DNA of 64,000 bases. Source: Vicugna vicugna (Eukaryota). The notes under the pieces are model-generated. The model was not told the DNA's origin. It did no database searches and was given only the letters and a program-made list of their open reading frames with translations. The position numbers and the translations under genes were made by a program. Within the stretch, counting starts at the first letter, position 1. The number at the start of each line of letters is the position of its first letter. This document shows, piece after piece, positions 62,370 to 64,000 of the stretch. The DNA is taken from the NCBI GenBank assembly GCA_013265495.1, contig MU057416.1:1234545-1298544 (forward strand), in the 5' to 3' direction.

Positions 62370-62950
62370 GAACAATCAATAGATAAATTGACAAAGAAGA
62401 TGTGGTGTATCTCTCAATATGATAGATTATTACTCAGCCATAAAAAAGAATGAAATAAATCTTGCCATTTTGACAATGTGAATGGACCTGGACAGCATAT
62501 GCTTAGTGAAATAAATCAGACACAGAAAGACAATTACTATATGATCTTACTTTTATGTGAAATCTAAAAAACAAATGAACAAACATATAGCAAAACAGAA
62601 ACAGAGTTATAGGTACAGAGAACAAACAGGTGATGGCCAGAGAGGAGCAGGGTGTGGCAAGGGGGATTTCGATGAAGGTGGTCAAAAGGTACAAACGTCC
62701 AGTTATAAGTGCTAGGGATGAAATGTGCACTGTGATAAATATGATTAACAGCACTGTAATTGTTATAAAAAAAGTTGTTAAGAGACTAAATCCAGAGTTC
62801 TCATCTTCAATTTCATATCTATAGGAGATGATGGATGTTCTCTAAACTCACTGTCATAATCATTTCATGATGTATGTCAGCCAAATCATTGTGCTGTACG
62901 CCTTAAATTTAGACAGTGCTGTATGTCAATTATATCTCAATAAAACTGGA
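62370..62950 (+). mobile_element. L1MA-like 3' region
   Basis: TACTCAGCCATAAAAAAGAATGAAA...TTGCCATTT...GTGAAATAAATCAGACACAGAAAGACAA...GTCAATTATATCTCAATAAAACTGG. Confidence 0.85.
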
Positions 62951-63609
62951 AGATTATACATAGGAACAGACACTGGGTCAAACCCTGAAACTACGCAGAA
63001 TAAGGAGGTTTCAGAAATATCCCCTTTCTCCCATGGAAACTACAGCCCGAAGTGTGGCAGGTTCCTTCTTTGTCGAGTCAGACTCTCCTCAGCCACAAAT
63101 ACACACCTGAACTATTTAAAACTCGTGCCCTAGGTGGAGCCTCCGGCAGTGTTCTTGGAAGTGAATGCCATGCGCCAGGAGAAAGGGCCACCGGTCCAAA
63201 CCTATTCTACTGCTTGAGCCCCACCTGTGTCCCCAAAAGACAGCCATGCACCTCAACAGACTCGGCCCTGCCAGAAGGTCTGCATGGTGGACAAGCCTTT
63301 TTTGCACCTTCTGTCCTTGTGGCAGAGAAAAAGCCCACAGATATCACCTGGTATGATGTTTGTCATGTTTGTTCTGTTTCTGAGAACAAGAAAGTCAAAC
63401 TTGCGGCCTCAGGGCTGCTCAAACTGTGGTCCATCTGGACCAGTTTTTACTCAATGAAAACAATTCATAACAGGAGCTGCAGGTATGTCAAGCACTCCAT
63501 GTAACAGGAAGTGAGGAGCAGCCCGATGAAAAGAGCTGCGTTTAGTGCTCTTCCACCAGGGATTCTGCAGAAAGTGCGAGAAAAGTATTTACATTAAAAC
63601 ACTAAGCAA

Positions 63610-63778
63610 GGGAGAGTGCAGCTCAGTGGTAGAGCAAGTGCCTAACACGCATAAGGCCCTAGGTTCAATCCCCAGCACCTCTGTTACAAAACAAATAAAT
63701 AAACCCAATTACCTCCCCCCTCAAAAAATAATTTTTTGAAGTAAATTAATAAATCCCCTCACCTCCCCCCAAAATAAC
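63610..63778 (+). mobile_element. Vic-1-like SINE with duplicated tail module
   Basis: GGGAGAGTGCAGCTCAGTGGTAGAGC...GGTTCAATCCCCAGCACCTC; two AAT(A/T)AATAAA...ACCTCCCCCC tails. Confidence 0.88.
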
Positions 63779-64000
63779 TTAACAAATTGCCCTTAGATGC
63801 CCCTTCCCGTCCTTGGCTCCCTGTAGGACACTTTCTGCCCCTACACACCCATTAAGGCACAAAAGGTAACATGACTATAGCTAAGAAATTATGCATTAAA
63901 TTTGTCTCATATTCCTCTAAACGCCTGGCAGAAACACTAAGCAAAAAACAGATGCCCCATAAATACTAATCAATTAGTTAATTAACTGATCAACTAACGG

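Noticed and set aside
63976..63987. 12-bp palindrome AGTTAATTAACT
   Set aside because: Short AT-rich palindrome at the window edge; plausible by chance and context is insufficient

Overview
Mammalian genomic DNA, almost certainly camelid (camel/alpaca lineage). The evidence is about 11 copies of a tRNA-Ala(AGC)-derived SINE with the Vic-1-type tail, together with L1, L2, MIR, MLT1 and hAT relics. No protein-coding exon can be recognised with confidence. All long ORFs in the track come from GC-rich DNA, tandem repeats or L1 ORF2 debris. The window looks like the 5' intronic/regulatory part of a minus-strand gene with several alternative promoters. There is a large CpG island at about 58.4-61.4 kb, split by a CA-rich tract, a second island at about 48.4-50.4 kb, and smaller GC-rich promoter-like patches at about 39.4 kb and 2.7 kb. 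Candidate short minus-strand exons end in GT donors at 49071, 19061, 12982 and 2599. The most distinctive structures are a ~187-bp imperfect palindrome (5158-5344), a young 5'-inverted L1 with a 19-bp TSD, a nested hAT/L1/SINE stack containing a 3'-truncated L1 with TSDs, a 31-32-bp minisatellite, a convergent CTCF-motif pair, and a SINE composite bounded by a 13-bp direct repeat. I found no evidence for a novel multi-gene system. Repeat family names were assigned by eye from remembered consensus motifs and need RepeatMasker/Dfam confirmation.
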